DNA from: Trichosphaerium sp. ATCC 40318
Taxonomy: Eukaryota > Protista > Tubulinea
Assembly (NCBI GenBank): GCA_038496445.1
Contig: JALMLS010000404.1
Location: 135,470 to 199,469 of the forward strand
Length of the DNA: 64,000 nt
Reading direction: 5' to 3'
Shown: positions 13,846 through 26,839 of the stretch, one piece after another
Layout of the letters: every line of letters begins with the position of its first letter
Position numbering within the stretch: the first letter of the stretch is position 1
Translations under genes and position numbers: made by a program
Notes under the pieces: model-generated
What the model saw: only the letters and a program-made list of their open reading frames with translations
Databases searched by the model: none
What the model was told of the DNA's origin: nothing

Positions 13846-15494
13846 TTATACAACCCTGCGACGGCCCATTTTCCGTACTTTACTATTTGGTTGTTGAACA
13901 TAAAAAGAAACACAATGTCCACATTCAATATGGCTACATAGGTGTTTTAGTAAGAATAAAAAAAGGCACAAAGTTCTTTTGGTTTCACAAATTAGAAGAA
14001 ATACTTACAATTGAGCTGTATCTTCTGTAACTACATACACATGGGAGCTACACTTTTTACAAAAACGCTTATCGCCAGCGCTCATTGCACCTACGTGTCT
14101 TTTGTCATGTGGAACTTTTTGAAGATTCTCCCAGAGCATAGGACACTCGAAGTCCATTGCACAGTTCTCTAATTGAATCATAAGTACAAAAAAACAGACA
14201 AAAACGGACTTGATCACACTGCACCGCAATCATGTTGTAGGTTCAATAATTCCAAGTACAACGATGATTGTAGTACCAATTAGTGACTTTATAAACATAA
14301 GCAGCACTCTAAGTGCAAAGACAGCTGAGAGTTCTCGATTTTTTTAGAATGGTGTTCATGGATTTGTACCTATTGTTGATGATGGGAAACGTGATCTCTT
14401 GGCATGCTTTAACTTTTCTTTTCTGAACAACACCGTAAGTATTACTTCATAATAAAGATGGTAGGACATAGAAGAAGAAATACAAAAACTGTGGTTGGTA
14501 CCTTGCCAAGAACATTTTTTTCCATGACTTTACTTTCAAGTTCTTGTTTTGTTTGTCAAAAGAACGAAAGTAGAGTGGTTTCCATATTGAATTATCACTA
14601 CTTATTGACTTGAAAGATTTTGATACAAGTGCTAGATTACAAAGAAAGTATCCTTTTTCTGTTACAGTATGCTAAAAACCAGAAAAAAGTAAGATTTACA
14701 GAAACCAAAAAAATTAGAATTGTCGCACTTCAAAGATTTTTAATGTCAGCTCTTCTGCTAGTTTTCCGATGTGATTGATATCATCAGCAATAAGCTCAGG
14801 GCGCGTCTTTAGTGTATTGACATCGAATTTGAATGGTTTCGATCCAAAATTTGGCTTCATAGCATCAGGATGGGATCCAACTTAAACACATCAATACCAT
14901 CACGTTTGTTTGATTTTATAGTGACTTACCGACTCCGTATAGATCCATACCGCGTGGGATATCATAGAAAAAGATGCCAAGGTATTTTCCATTGCGTGTA
15001 GCAAACAAACAAGCCCTTCTGAAGGAGTCTACAATGAAACCAAAACCGATAATGTCACCCTTATTGAACGATTCTGTTTTGTCACCAACTTCTCCATTAT
15101 GCTTTGTGTTACCATCAGCGAAGTATCCATACGAACTACATAGCAATGTAAGCACAGACGAGAGAAATAAGACCTAAAAAGCATCGTGGTCGCAGGCACG
15201 TGACTAAAAAAATTCGGCATCAGTATAACTTGCATACTTTTGATAGTCCCCTGGCAGCGTTACAGTATCATTTTTGGACGATGAAGAGAAGCCAATGGCC
15301 ATACCGCACCTGTAGAAGACAAATAAGTTAAAGGTGGCCCGTATAAAGCAAAACAAACCTTTCGCCAACTATTTCCGCTTCAAAATATGGAACCTTGTCT
15401 CCATTTCTTTCGTAAGGCGTTTTAGAGAATACCTTGGGTTTGTAGTAAGCATTAAAACGAATTACTGTGTCACACAAAACCGCACATTAATCAT
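13846..15494 (-). CDS. SPRY + F-box + Cys-rich domain protein; possible 2-bp frameshift at the 5' end
   Basis: SPRY: YFEAEI, IGFS, LPG, SYGYFADG, GDIIGFG, FATRNGKYLG, NFGSKPFKFD. F-box: LAEELTLKIFE..LALVSKSFKSISSDNSIWK. C-terminus: CPMLWENL..RFCKKCSSHV..CGHCV. Confidence 0.75.
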
Positions 15495-15937
15495 TGTGAA
15501 TTGCTTGTTTTAACACGTTGCCTTTTATGGGGAGTGTTAAGATATTTGGTTAAGTCTAGGTAAGCAGGTTTTCGGTTTTTGGAACGCGGTTCATGGTTTA
15601 TAGCTTAGGGAACTGCTAATCTTGGTAGATGAACTGGTAATTGTGTAAGATCACAATTGTCACTGCTCCAAACTCATTGGATATCAGTCAACCTTGTTCT
15701 CAGCTGAAATGTAATATAACATTTTGGCGAGGAAAACACATGGCTTCAAGCGACTTATAGTTGTTGCGTACGAACCCACACCAAGGTCAAGACTAAAATT
15801 TGTAGTACCATGGCTTGGAGGAAGACTACAATATTATGTCCGTGGCTCGAACACAAACATGAGCTAAGTATCTACAATTCTTTCATTGGAATGTAAATCT
15901 AAATATATTGTTACATTCTGTTACTGGCAATGTAGCT

Positions 15938-18900
15938 TCAAGCTTTAATTGAGCATGTGATTGTCTAAAATTTAGTTGTAAGCAAATATAAACTGTATTG
16001 TTTGTAGGTAAGTGCGACTGTATTGTTTAAATTGACGTACAATAGGCTCTCCAGCATGATCATCTGTTGGGAAATTGAATGAAACTTTTGTATTATCGCC
16101 ACTAACAGTACATCCTGTTCCATACAGTTTCTGGTTGATTGTTACAACCAGTTTATTTCCTGATTCATCTCTAGATGGGTTTGATGCTGAGATGCTTACT
16201 GATAAGGTGTTAGATATTATTTTAAGGTAAGTTAACTCAAACAACGTAATACAAGCTGATGTACCTTTGTTTGTTGATTTTCTGACTTGAACAACAGAAG
16301 GTTGTGATGCTGTCACAGACCATTCTGTTCCGTTTACTGATCCAGAAGACCAAAATATAATACTCAGGATTGATAAGTCTATATGTGTTAATACATGAAC
16401 AAGACACGGAGGGTATAATGACTTGCCTGTGTTTTCTACAGATGTTTGATATTCGTCATTTTTTATTATTTTGAATTGGTTTGTGTATTTCATCAAGTTT
16501 GTCTTGAAGTCTGAATACGACACACCAGGTACCTTGTTTGTAAGGAAGATGCTTACATTAAATTGATATTGTGCATACAAGAGTGTATTGGTATGAACCA
16601 TGTTGTACACCAACACCATGGTCAAGGTACATGTTGAAAACATTTCTATGTTTTGATGTTAAGTGAGAAATACAATTTGGACAACTTTTTTACCTTGAGA
16701 TTGGACTGTCTGATCCTGTTCCGATTTCAAACCAAGTTCCATTCTGTACATCGTTATTCAGCTGTACAGATGTTGGTGATGGGAAAAGGTATCCGACATT
16801 GTTATGATGAACCCACCTAGTTTAAACTGTTTCAATACATTCAACAACAAAGCGAAAAGAACATTTCAGATAACGTACTTCAGGGAAGATAAAGAATGCT
16901 TTCCCTTTGACAAAGGTGTAGATGATGCAGATGTATATACGTCGCCTTCAAGTAGGCACTAGGAAAGCGTGTAAAGTACAATGTTTCAGATAAGTCAACA
17001 ACAAAAAGAAAGTGACAAAAGAGATAAAAAGGAATAAACATCCTCATAAGTGGTGTGTACCTGATTAATAGATGTTGTTACTTTTTGGTTTGTTGATATA
17101 TTTATAGAGTTACCAAGTGCTACAACCAAATCATCATAAAAGAACCAACTCTTTCTGTAACACGAAAGATTAACGAAAATAGTTTGAATTAGAAAGCGCA
17201 CTTTGCAGAGATTGGACCTTTGAACGGACTTCTAAAATCGTATGCAGCAACACCATAAAGTCCATCTGATACACCACCAACGAAACTTGTTGTACCAAGC
17301 GTTTTAGTCTTATCACAAGAGAATGTACCACCTTAGGATATTACGTAACACACCAAACCCACAGTGAAAACAATATTATTTTTACCTTCTGTTGATGTAA
17401 TACCAGGTATCTTCTCCCAGTCCCAAGTCGGAAATATATTCACATATTCAGCGCCTTGAAACAAAAAAGTCAAACCAGTTTAGAGCAACACGTGTAATAA
17501 TGTTAATCACGTGCGAAAACATTCTTCGGAAAAGCAAAATAAAACAACCAAAAGAATACCTGTTGTGTAAATGTAATTGGTTCCATCTGATAAATGAACT
17601 GATTTCTTTCCTTCAGTGTTGACACATTCAGCATTGTATGTCCTTTTAGAAAACACTGTATACAAGAAAATAAATGAGAAACAAAATAACATGCCGGATT
17701 CGTAGTTGTATGGCGAACAATTTTTTCGTACTTTTAATTGATACAGTGTATGCGTGTCTATAATGTGTCATAAAATCAGCCATCCAAAAAAATCTATTTG
17801 CTTCTGGTTTCAGCGGTTTTCCAGTTTCTGTGAGACCATTATTAAAACCATTCCTCCCGGGCTTTCAGAAGTAACGTACTTAAACGAGATGCATACGCTT
17901 CATATTCGCCTTGACGTGATCCAGGTACATCACCTAACATTGTTGCATTCCAAGCAACTTTCAATCCATTTACTCTTGTGATGGCACGTCCTAAAAACTC
18001 TTTAAAAAAACATAAATAGTTTGGTTACCTTTGGATGAAATATCCCATACATTACCGCGCATTAGCCACTAAATGTAGTGTGTTAGTGACTTAATTTATA
18101 TGCGATAAAAACATAACGTACCTGTTGACCATCAAGTACGTCTTTGGAAAGTATTGATAGCTTACTTTGAGGAATCTCAAAAGCAGTATTCTTTGTTGAG
18201 AAAATAACTTGAACTATATCAGCTGTATATTCAGCGCCATAACTACCAGAATACAACTATTCACTGTATCAGTTAAACAACAAAGTAACTACACGATCTC
18301 ACTCTGGAACCATGTTGAAAGAATGAACCATCTATTTTAATACCATCTTCTCCACCAGGTGTGAAAACAACAGTTGAGTAAATCCTGTTTAAAAAAACTT
18401 GTAAACAAAAAAGCCGGCCGTAAACAACTTACTTATCAAACGCCTCTGACATGTATGATACGTCTCCGTTAACACAAGCACTGTACGTATGTATCAAGCC
18501 CATCCCTATGGTATTATCTCCAGTTTCACCTTTCCAATCAGCTCTTGCCATAATTTGAACCATTTTCGAAGTTTGGTTGTTGTTTAGTTCTGATCCAACT
18601 AAAACTGCAATCTCTCCCATCTGCAATGGAACACCAATTTCATTCCACCACCTAATTTTGAATTAAATAAAATTCAACGTATCTGTACCATACCAGTTAG
18701 GATTTTTGAAGTCCTTCACAAGCCAGAAATTGAGTGCGAGATTCAGCTATTCGAGTGTTGGTAAACAAAAGGAACAAGCAATGGCTCACCGTTTCCCACA
18801 GCGTCTTGTCGTGATACAATGATCCACCATTTAGACTATAAACTTCTACCATTGCGGTAACACGATATACATGCTCTACAGTCTTCCACCCAGAGCGTTC

Positions 18901-19238
18901 TTGATCTTTGTAATCTACACCAAAGTTAGAAAACAAGCAAGAAGTTAGATTTAAATCAATAAACCGGTTTTAAAACACGTGCCAATATCAGGCCAAGTTC
19001 CATTCTTTTCAAGTGTGGCCATATACTGCTTTACACTCGCATCTTGAGACTTATGACTTGCTGACGCAAGGAATATACTCCTAGCCAATAAATAAGAACG
19101 TTTGAAGCGGTGGTAAACGGTTTGCCTGTAATTGTCTTTTACTATTTCCAAATCGGTTGTAGACGCTATGCTGGAACTGCATACATAGTTCGAAGTGACT
19201 ACGAGTATTAAATATACGACAAGCGCACGTGATACCAT
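15938..19238 (-). CDS. Secreted polysaccharide lyase family 8, copy 2
   Basis: Same exon structure and motifs as copy 1, on the opposite strand. Confidence 0.92.
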
Positions 19239-19493
19239 AATCGTCTTTGAAAGTAACGGTCAAACGTGGTTGAACTTCAACCAAAAGCCGACTTTCAAAA
19301 AACCGATAGTTAAGTGATAACTTTTGAAACGAACATATTTTCATTCTCCTAGTAGCTTAGTTTATGTCAAGATTTTTATTAAAAGGCGTTCTTGTATTCC
19401 TACGACATAAGATCTACAAAGAAAAATCAGAAGTTTCACTTAACCGTTTAAACACCTTAACAAGCCATTTAATCAAATAATTGGTCTGCGGGA

Positions 19494-22003
19494 ATGGAAC
19501 CCACGCATCCTTTTCATGTTGACGCTGTTTTAAGTGTATTGTTTGGACATGTAGAGTTGAAATGTTTACTTTCATGTCAAAGTGTCTGTAAGCGCTGGAA
19601 AAAGGTTGGCAGCTCAAATTGGTTGTGGAAAACGTACGTAACTACCGTTTATAGAAAAACTAAGTTATTTTACTCTTATTTATCCTCTTATCGCCCAGAC
19701 TAACACTTTATTAGTAAATGCAGCGGGTTTTGTTTCGAAACAATGGCTGAAAAGCAAAATTACCTTAAACCACCTCAAGGCTTTTCATACCAACAGTTAT
19801 ACAAGGCACATACACAAAGTACGTGATTAGAACCATAAATAGAGTAAAACCTCAGCCAGTTGTCATTTCTACAACTCGCCCGAACGAACGGAAAAACAAG
19901 TTTATGTCGTTGTTTAGGTGGACGTTGTAGACGCAATTATGTTGTTAAAAGTGAACCACACTTAAAGAAGATTTCTTTTGAAACACCCGAAGAAAGAGGA
20001 CAACCAAGAATGGTGTAAGTTTCACTAACCACGTGATAATCAATTAAAAAAACAAATTCTTCTTTTATTCTGAAAAAAAAAACTCACAAAGAATTCAGTA
20101 GGGGCTTGCGTGAAGAAGATAGATATACATCAATAAAGGTTGATGGCAAGAAATCAGTATATTTGGGATCTGGTTCGCAAACTGGAGCATTTTGGTGGTC
20201 ACATGTGGCTACAGCAGATGTTTCTGTTGAAAGTATTTCAAGTGCTTTAAATGCCAATCACGGAGATTGTTTTAGTCTGGAAGATGACAACCTACTCAGT
20301 ACCTTGAGTTCTATTTTCCCTGATGGATCGTAAGTTCATGATATACTCTTACAATTGATTGTACTTAAATACATTACTTTAGGTATGACGTTATGCAAAT
20401 TTTTGTTAGACCTGAGCTAGTCGAAAACAAATTAAAAACAATCGACAAAGAAGCAACTGATTTCGATGAAAAAGATTACTGGTCAAACGAATGGGCTAAA
20501 TATTGGGTACGTGGTTTTGATATTCTCCTTTCAGAAACCCTTTTTTTGCGACAAACAGTTTGTCAACAAAACCTGAACGGTTTGTATTTGAGTCGAAAAC
20601 GTTGTCAATGTCTGCTTGAGTGTTCACTTTAGAAATCGTCTAGATTCATATAAGGAACCAGGCTTTACCGCCTTTTAGCATATCTGTTAGCTAGACTTCT
20701 TTATATTGATAGTCAATACTGAGGGAAGCGTAGAGGATTCTGAAAGTGTAGACACCTTTACTTTTATTTTGTTTGGTTTTAATACATCTCAATGGGGTAC
20801 AGTGTACTCACTTTTCTTTCTAGGACTGGTGTGAGTTCTCTACAGAAGCAAAGAAAGAAATCAACATTGGTTGTCCTTCTTACTATCGTTGCTTTTATCA
20901 GCAAGACGAAAAAGAGTTTAGGGTTAACACAATCAATCCATTTCAAAAAATGTCATCTCTTGATGAATCACGTGTTAATTACTATGTTAATAAGCTTAAA
21001 AAAGGTGAAATACCTACAGCTATGTCCTTTGGTATGATTGATCGTCGTGGAACACCGTACCCAACAAAGAACTATTTGTTAAAGCAAAGCATACATACTG
21101 TTCTTTCAAATTTTCTGATTGATGGACATCACAAGATAGCAGCTGCAGCTAGATGTAACCTACCTTGTTCATTGCTTGTTTTCTTACCCAAACAACCTCT
21201 TATATACTTTCACCAAGACCCACTCCGTAATTATGACAGGGAAATATCATTCTTTACTGGCCAAGGATTTTCGAGAGGTACAACAGCAAAAAAAGCAAAA
21301 AACCCAAAAAAAAACTTCTTTTTTTCCTGCCCATAGAAAGACTTTGAGTTTTATTTCACTTATGAAACAATGGTTTCAAGGTGCAGTTGGGGGAACAAAC
21401 AATTTGAACTGTTCAAGTAAAAATATTGTTGTTTACGCTTGCAATCACACTTTCCCTCTTTTTTCTTATTGTTTTTTGTAGTTAAATGTCGTTCAAGGCA
21501 TGCTTTGCCGTACCCTTCAGATCCTCCATTTTTGATGATTCAGGACTTCTCTTCTTTATCATGGTATTTGACTCTTAAGAAAGAGGACATAGCTAATCTT
21601 TGGTGCTACATCTTTAAGGAGAACTATGATGGTGGAACCGAAACAAAGGTATGTTTCTTTTTTTTTTAAGTCTTTTTTTTAAATTCTTGTACCCACGTTC
21701 CTTGTGGCTACTGTTGGGGTTTTTTGCCATTAATATGGCTCTTTTTTAAAGCAAATATTGTTGATATACTTGTAACCATTGAGAAGAATGTTGACACGTT
21801 TAATTTAGTGGAATCCTGAGGAAGTTGTTAAGTCTGTTGTTTTTTCTAAAGATAAAAAACGATGTAAGGTAGAGTTTAGTAAATTACAATATCTTAAGGA
21901 TGCTGTATCTGTTAGCGGATATTGTTATAACTATGAAGGCAAGCTGGTAAAATTTTCAGGACACTACCTAGATGTTAAGCATTACATGAAAAAAAGTAAA
22001 TAA
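19494..22003 (+). CDS. Multi-exon F-box protein with a ParB/Srx-like motif
   Basis: F-box VLSVLFGHVELKCLLSCQSVCKRWKKVGSSNWLWK; later FLIDGHHKIAAA; stop TAA at 22001-22003. Confidence 0.8.
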
Positions 22004-22499
22004 AAAACAGCTAGCTGGTAAACAACATTCAGTTTGATTGATTTATCTATACATTAGTAGTACTACTGGAGGTAATTACATCATATTACCCGATCTAGCC
22101 ATGATTCGGAATCCTAGTTGGATGTAGCATCTGTTGTTTGGGCGTTAACGACAATTAGCAATAGATAGTAATTTACCTGCGAAATAGTCAACTTCGCCTT
22201 TCTTGTTTAATTAGACATTCATCAGTGATAAGTTTATAGATGGAGTTCCAAGATGTTTGTTTCACTGACGGGATATTAGAGCGAATACACGTATTTGTAG
22301 CGTTGATACCTTCAATTTAATGCGGTATCTAGGCGTTGTTTTGACATTAAATGTTGATAATGTGTTCGGTGGACGTTGGAGTATTCGAGGTAAAAGTATT
22401 AGTAAATTATTAAAGGAATATTCATCTAAAAAGAGTATTTTGTTCCAAATTTGAATTGAATTTCCTAACTCGACAAGTACAGTGAATTGTAGGTTTGTG

Positions 22500-22632
22500 A
22501 CACAAATAAAAAAGCCGCAAACTGTTTCATTTTAAGCAAATACAAAAGATGATGAGCAAGGTCCACCTTCTAAAAGGCTACAAAAAACAGTGTCGGTAAT
22601 ACCACCAACATCAACAACGACACAACTATACT
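22500..22632 (+). pseudogene. 5' fragment of the F-box gene at 47651-48418
   Basis: MMSKGPPSKRLQKTVSVIPPTSTTTQL matches the paralogue N-terminus; homology ends before the F-box. Confidence 0.75.
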
Positions 22633-22941
22633 TACAAGCCAGCTACTGTCTGTTTTTAGCCTTTTTTGTAGTATCAAGTAATGTGATTACATACTTTGAC
22701 ATGTGGCCTAATCAGCTTGTTTTATCACGTGATATAGCAACACGCTTTAACTAACGATAGTACTGAGAATTACACCCGAAATTTGCCTCCCTTCACCATC
22801 AATGTTCTTCCTAATTGCCCATTGTAATGCCACTTGTACTCCTCCATAATGTATGCTGTGTTCCTCAGTATTGTACAATGTGTATCACTATGAACCACTA
22901 TGTTACCCATCCTTTTTTCATTCACACCATTATCGCTCATA

Positions 22942-24841
22942 ATGAATACAACACATCATATTACTGTACTATTGCCTCTTTTAGTATTAATTTGGTTTCA
23001 AGGTACCTAATAGCTTCTTATGACACTCTAAAATAACATTAGCGTTCGCTTTGGAGTTGAACCTATGGAGCGATTTGCGTACCCTAGGTTTGGAACAAGT
23101 ACTGGAGAGTGCTAATGAAGAGGTTCGCGATCCTGTCATCGCTACCGGTACCATATCAGGCAAGGGAGATGTTATCTGTATAGCTGTTCGGATTTTTGGT
23201 ATTGTCGGCGGGTCGCTAAGAACGACTGGTTTCGCTCTTATGATGGGTACTATTGAAGGCAAGTCAAGTTTTCAATTATCACGTGCTGACTATTGACGTG
23301 TTCTTAGAAATTTCTGGAGGAACTGCAAGTGTCCATAGAGTCTCAGTACCAGTGGCTTACTTACAGATTGTATACGGAAATGATGAGTTTGCTGTGTTAA
23401 CTCGAGATACTGTTGGCCCTGCAAATATTACCTTGTACCTACGATTTTTTGGGTACAATGGAGGCGTACATACTATGTCAATGCTGTTGGTATCTAACAT
23501 TTATCCGTAGTTAACAGTTTCAGAGCCTCTCGAACTACTTACCAGTAGCACTAGTTTCGAAGCAGACCATGGTTTCGCCTTCGCTAGACGTACGTTATAA
23601 ACAAGCGTCATAATGAGATTATTAACCTACTGTTAGCTACAAATACATATATGATTGTTAGAAAAAAGTATCACCCTATCTTTGTGAACGAAGACAAGGA
23701 AGTTGACCTTAGTAATAGGCAATGTACATTACAATAGCACTTATTACAGTACAAACTAACCTTTTTTTAGTCCTTCTAGTCGAGGGCATAAGGCCTATAA
23801 GACATACAACAGCAGTTGCCATGGACGAATGCTTCCTTTTTTTATTTTCTAAAGAAGATGAAATCAACACACGGTCTATCACTTCTCCCTACACTGAGGT
23901 AAATTTAAAACAAATGCACAAATACTTCAAATGACATTTCTGATAGATGATGACACGTGTTGGCGAATATGGCACCACTTCACCTTTCCATAAGTCTGTA
24001 GCATATAATCCAGTATCCAAACGTGCAGCGGTGTTTTTATACACACATTTTAACTCCAATACCATTCTGAGAATTAAGCAGCTAGCCCTGGATTGTTCAG
24101 TTCCAGGGTTTATACCGAGAGAAACTGACTCCGATATTCTATCAAGCAACCATCCAATTGATTTCAATTCAAACAACGTGGTAATAGCTCCTTCTTCACA
24201 TGACAGCTATGCCTTCATTGCCTCTGTCATAAGAACAGAAGGTGGTAGAAAGACAGTCCTCTATACCATAACAAGTAAAAACAAAATAACTGAAACTGTT
24301 TTACCAAATGAACCGTATGAACCTGTAACTCAGGCTGTAGTATCAGTACCAAGTGCTGGAACAAGGTGTGTTATTGGTGTTGTACGTACTAATGGAATAA
24401 TAAACGCTTGTTTAACAAACATATAAGGTTGTGACACAAGGGCCAAAGACAGTTTCAATTTTTTTCGCAGATGAGAAATATTTATGTCCTCCTCCACCTA
24501 CTCGTTCTCCACCAACAGAGGCTCCTACAGAAACCCCTACAACGCCATCTCCAACAAGTTCACCTTTTGTACCTCCATCACGTGATTCAGCCCAAACACC
24601 TACGCCATCAGCTTCCCCGATTGATTCAATCGCTCCAAGTGAAGAAGAACCCACAACATCAGCTACAATACAACCAAATGCGATTTCCCCACCGATTGAC
24701 TCAAGTGCTCCAAGTCAAGAACCTACAACAAACCCAGATTTAACTCCAACTATGTCTAGCACAGCTATGTTGGAAGGCGATATAAGTTTGATTCTCCTCT
24801 CAGGATGCTCGATACTATGCCTTTTACTGTACACAGTGTAA
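22942..24841 (+). CDS. Secreted, membrane/GPI-anchored surface protein with a Pro/Thr/Ser stalk
   Basis: Signal peptide MNTTHHITVLLPLLVLIWFQAFA (spliced), beta-rich ectodomain exons, P/T/S stalk, hydrophobic C-terminus. Confidence 0.7.
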
Positions 24842-25099
24842 TCTGCATGTTACAAATCAACAATAAACTGTTTGTTCTTATTGTACGCCTCCAATTTTCT
24901 TCAGCCTATTGACCAGATATTATCTAGTGCTTTTTTTTTTTTTTAGTTTTATTACCTATGTTCTATATACAACGTTAATCCTCAGAACAGCAATACACTA
25001 TTATCAAAAAAGCAAAAGCACTTTGATTTGACTACGCAACATCTTTAAAAACAATTCAAATACAAGTGACCTAGTAATGTTGTTATTCTGCAATTACAC

Positions 25100-26447
25100 A
25101 AGGAGCAAATAAAATGACGGTACAAGCCAATGCTTTGTTACACTTAGGATTAATATAATGCCAAACGTTTATTTGAAATTGTTTGTATTGCCTACAACAC
25201 GTGTCTATTTTGAAACACAGAATCTCACCTGATTTTTTTATGCTTATTGGTATTGAAATAGTGCTGTTCATGCTTGTAATTTACCATCTGCCCATTATGG
25301 GTCTTCATTTAATTTACCATTGACATAATGTTGTTTAAGCTTGAAATGGCCATCTTCATGCCATTCTTTGTGCTCACCATGCTTTTCATTATTAACATAC
25401 ATTGTTGTCGATCGTAGTTGCCCATTTTCATACCATTTCAAGAGTTCACCTTGTGCCTGACCTTCAGTATATGTGCGCTGGTAGCTTAGTTGTCCGTTCA
25501 TGTACCATTCCTTATATTCTCCATGTAACTTATCATTAGCACACATACCTTTTGTGTGGAGTTGTCCACTCTCATACCACTCTCTGAACTCGCCATTTTC
25601 TTTCCCATTTACATAAATAGCTTGAGAAGCCAATATTCCATTATCATACCACTCTTTGGATTCGCCATGCTTAATACCTTCAACAAACACCTCAAGATCA
25701 CATATTTGTCCATTTTCATAATATCTTGTACAATCACCATCTTTCAAGCCGTTCTTGAACATTGATTGAAAAGCCAACTTTCCATTCTCGTACCATTCTT
25801 TCTGTTCACCATGCTTCTTATCATTCACATATGTTATCTTTAGTTCTAATTGCCCATTTTCATAATACTCGCGGTGCTCACCATTTTGTTTACCATCAAC
25901 ATAGAATGTATGTATCTTGATTTGTCCATTCAGATGCCATTGTTTGCCCTCTCCACTCTCTTTACCATCCTCAAAATTACATTGTGCATTGACTTGGCCT
26001 CCTTCATACCAACTCTTATACATACCATGCCTCTCGTCATCAACAAAATTTGTTTCAAACAAAAGTTGTCCATTCACGTGCCATTTTTTCTGTTTCCCAT
26101 TTCTTTTATCTTCAAGCATCATCGTTTGACTGCGTAAACATCCATTTGGATACCAACGTAACCAAAGGCCTTTTGTTTCAAGTTTTTCATCAAAATGGGT
26201 GTTGATTGCAGCTTTTTTAGAGAGTGTATGGAACTTTATGAATATTTCTTCATTGAAAGTGCATAAATACCTTTGAATATCATTTGGTAGGTCTAGTAGA
26301 TTACATACAGTAATACTAGGGCAATAATTCTTGCGGTATGATAGCGCATGTTTATACATTTCAAGAGACAAGGTATCTAAGTGCTAGAACCGAGGTTGTA
26401 CTGAATGGCAACTTAAACGTCTTTTTAAGCCTCAAGACACACGTGCG
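25100..26447. repeat. Segmental duplication arm B (inverted copy at ~44234-45555)
   Basis: The MORN gene and its flanks are reverse-complement homologues. Confidence 0.93.
25295..26359 (-). CDS. F-box-like + about 12 MORN-variant repeats, intronless
   Basis: LLDLPNDIQRYLCTF..LSKKAA then repeated GExKEWYENGQL units; first ATG at 26359. Confidence 0.9.
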   Translation of the reverse strand: MYKHALSYRKNYCPSITVCNLLDLPNDIQRYLCTFNEEIFIKFHTLSKKAAINTHFDEKLETKGLWLRWYPNGCLRSQTMMLEDKRNGKQKKWHVNGQLLFETNFVDDERHGMYKSWYEGGQVNAQCNFEDGKESGEGKQWHLNGQIKIHTFYVDGKQNGEHREYYENGQLELKITYVNDKKHGEQKEWYENGKLAFQSMFKNGLKDGDCTRYYENGQICDLEVFVEGIKHGESKEWYDNGILASQAIYVNGKENGEFREWYESGQLHTKGMCANDKLHGEYKEWYMNGQLSYQRTYTEGQAQGELLKWYENGQLRSTTMYVNNEKHGEHKEWHEDGHFKLKQHYVNGKLNEDP

Positions 26448-26470
26448 TTTTTCTTGTAATTTTTTCTTCA

Positions 26471-26839
26471 ATGTCTACGCTATCATTGACCACTATTTTC
26501 GTTGTAATAATGTTTGCAAGCTCAGGACATAACGAAGAGGAAGAAGCATGTATTGGTAAATGGTGCTCAAAACTCTACGAACATGCAGATGGTAAAGCTG
26601 GAACTTTTTGTGCTGATAAATGGGGATCATGCCCAGGTAACTACTATGACGATGTACGTACTTGTTCATCTCCAACGCGTTTCACTCAATGAAAAGCTTA
26701 GTATAACCGCATTCCAAACAAGAAAAACTGTGGTAAACGATGCAATAAGCGAACACCTAGCGCCGGAAGATGTAACCATAATCATGGCACTATGTGGTCC
26801 GCTGGCGCTCCTAGAGTTACCCGCTATGAATGCAAATAA
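26471..26839 (+). pseudogene. Small secreted Cys-rich protein with two in-frame stops
   Basis: Signal peptide and CSKLYEHADG motif. TGA at 26690 and TAG at 26699, then 45 more open Cys-rich codons to TAA at 26837. Confidence 0.5.

Larger units (their letters stand above)
10070..19280. repeat. Inverted duplication (arms ~10070-13418 and ~15928-19280) of the PL8 gene around a 2.5-kb spacer
   Basis: The arms are reverse-complement homologues, introns included. Confidence 0.95.
19390..22632. repeat. Segmental duplication arm A (inverted copy at ~48335-54376)
   Basis: Near-identical reverse-complement sequence, including introns and intergenic DNA. Confidence 0.95.
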
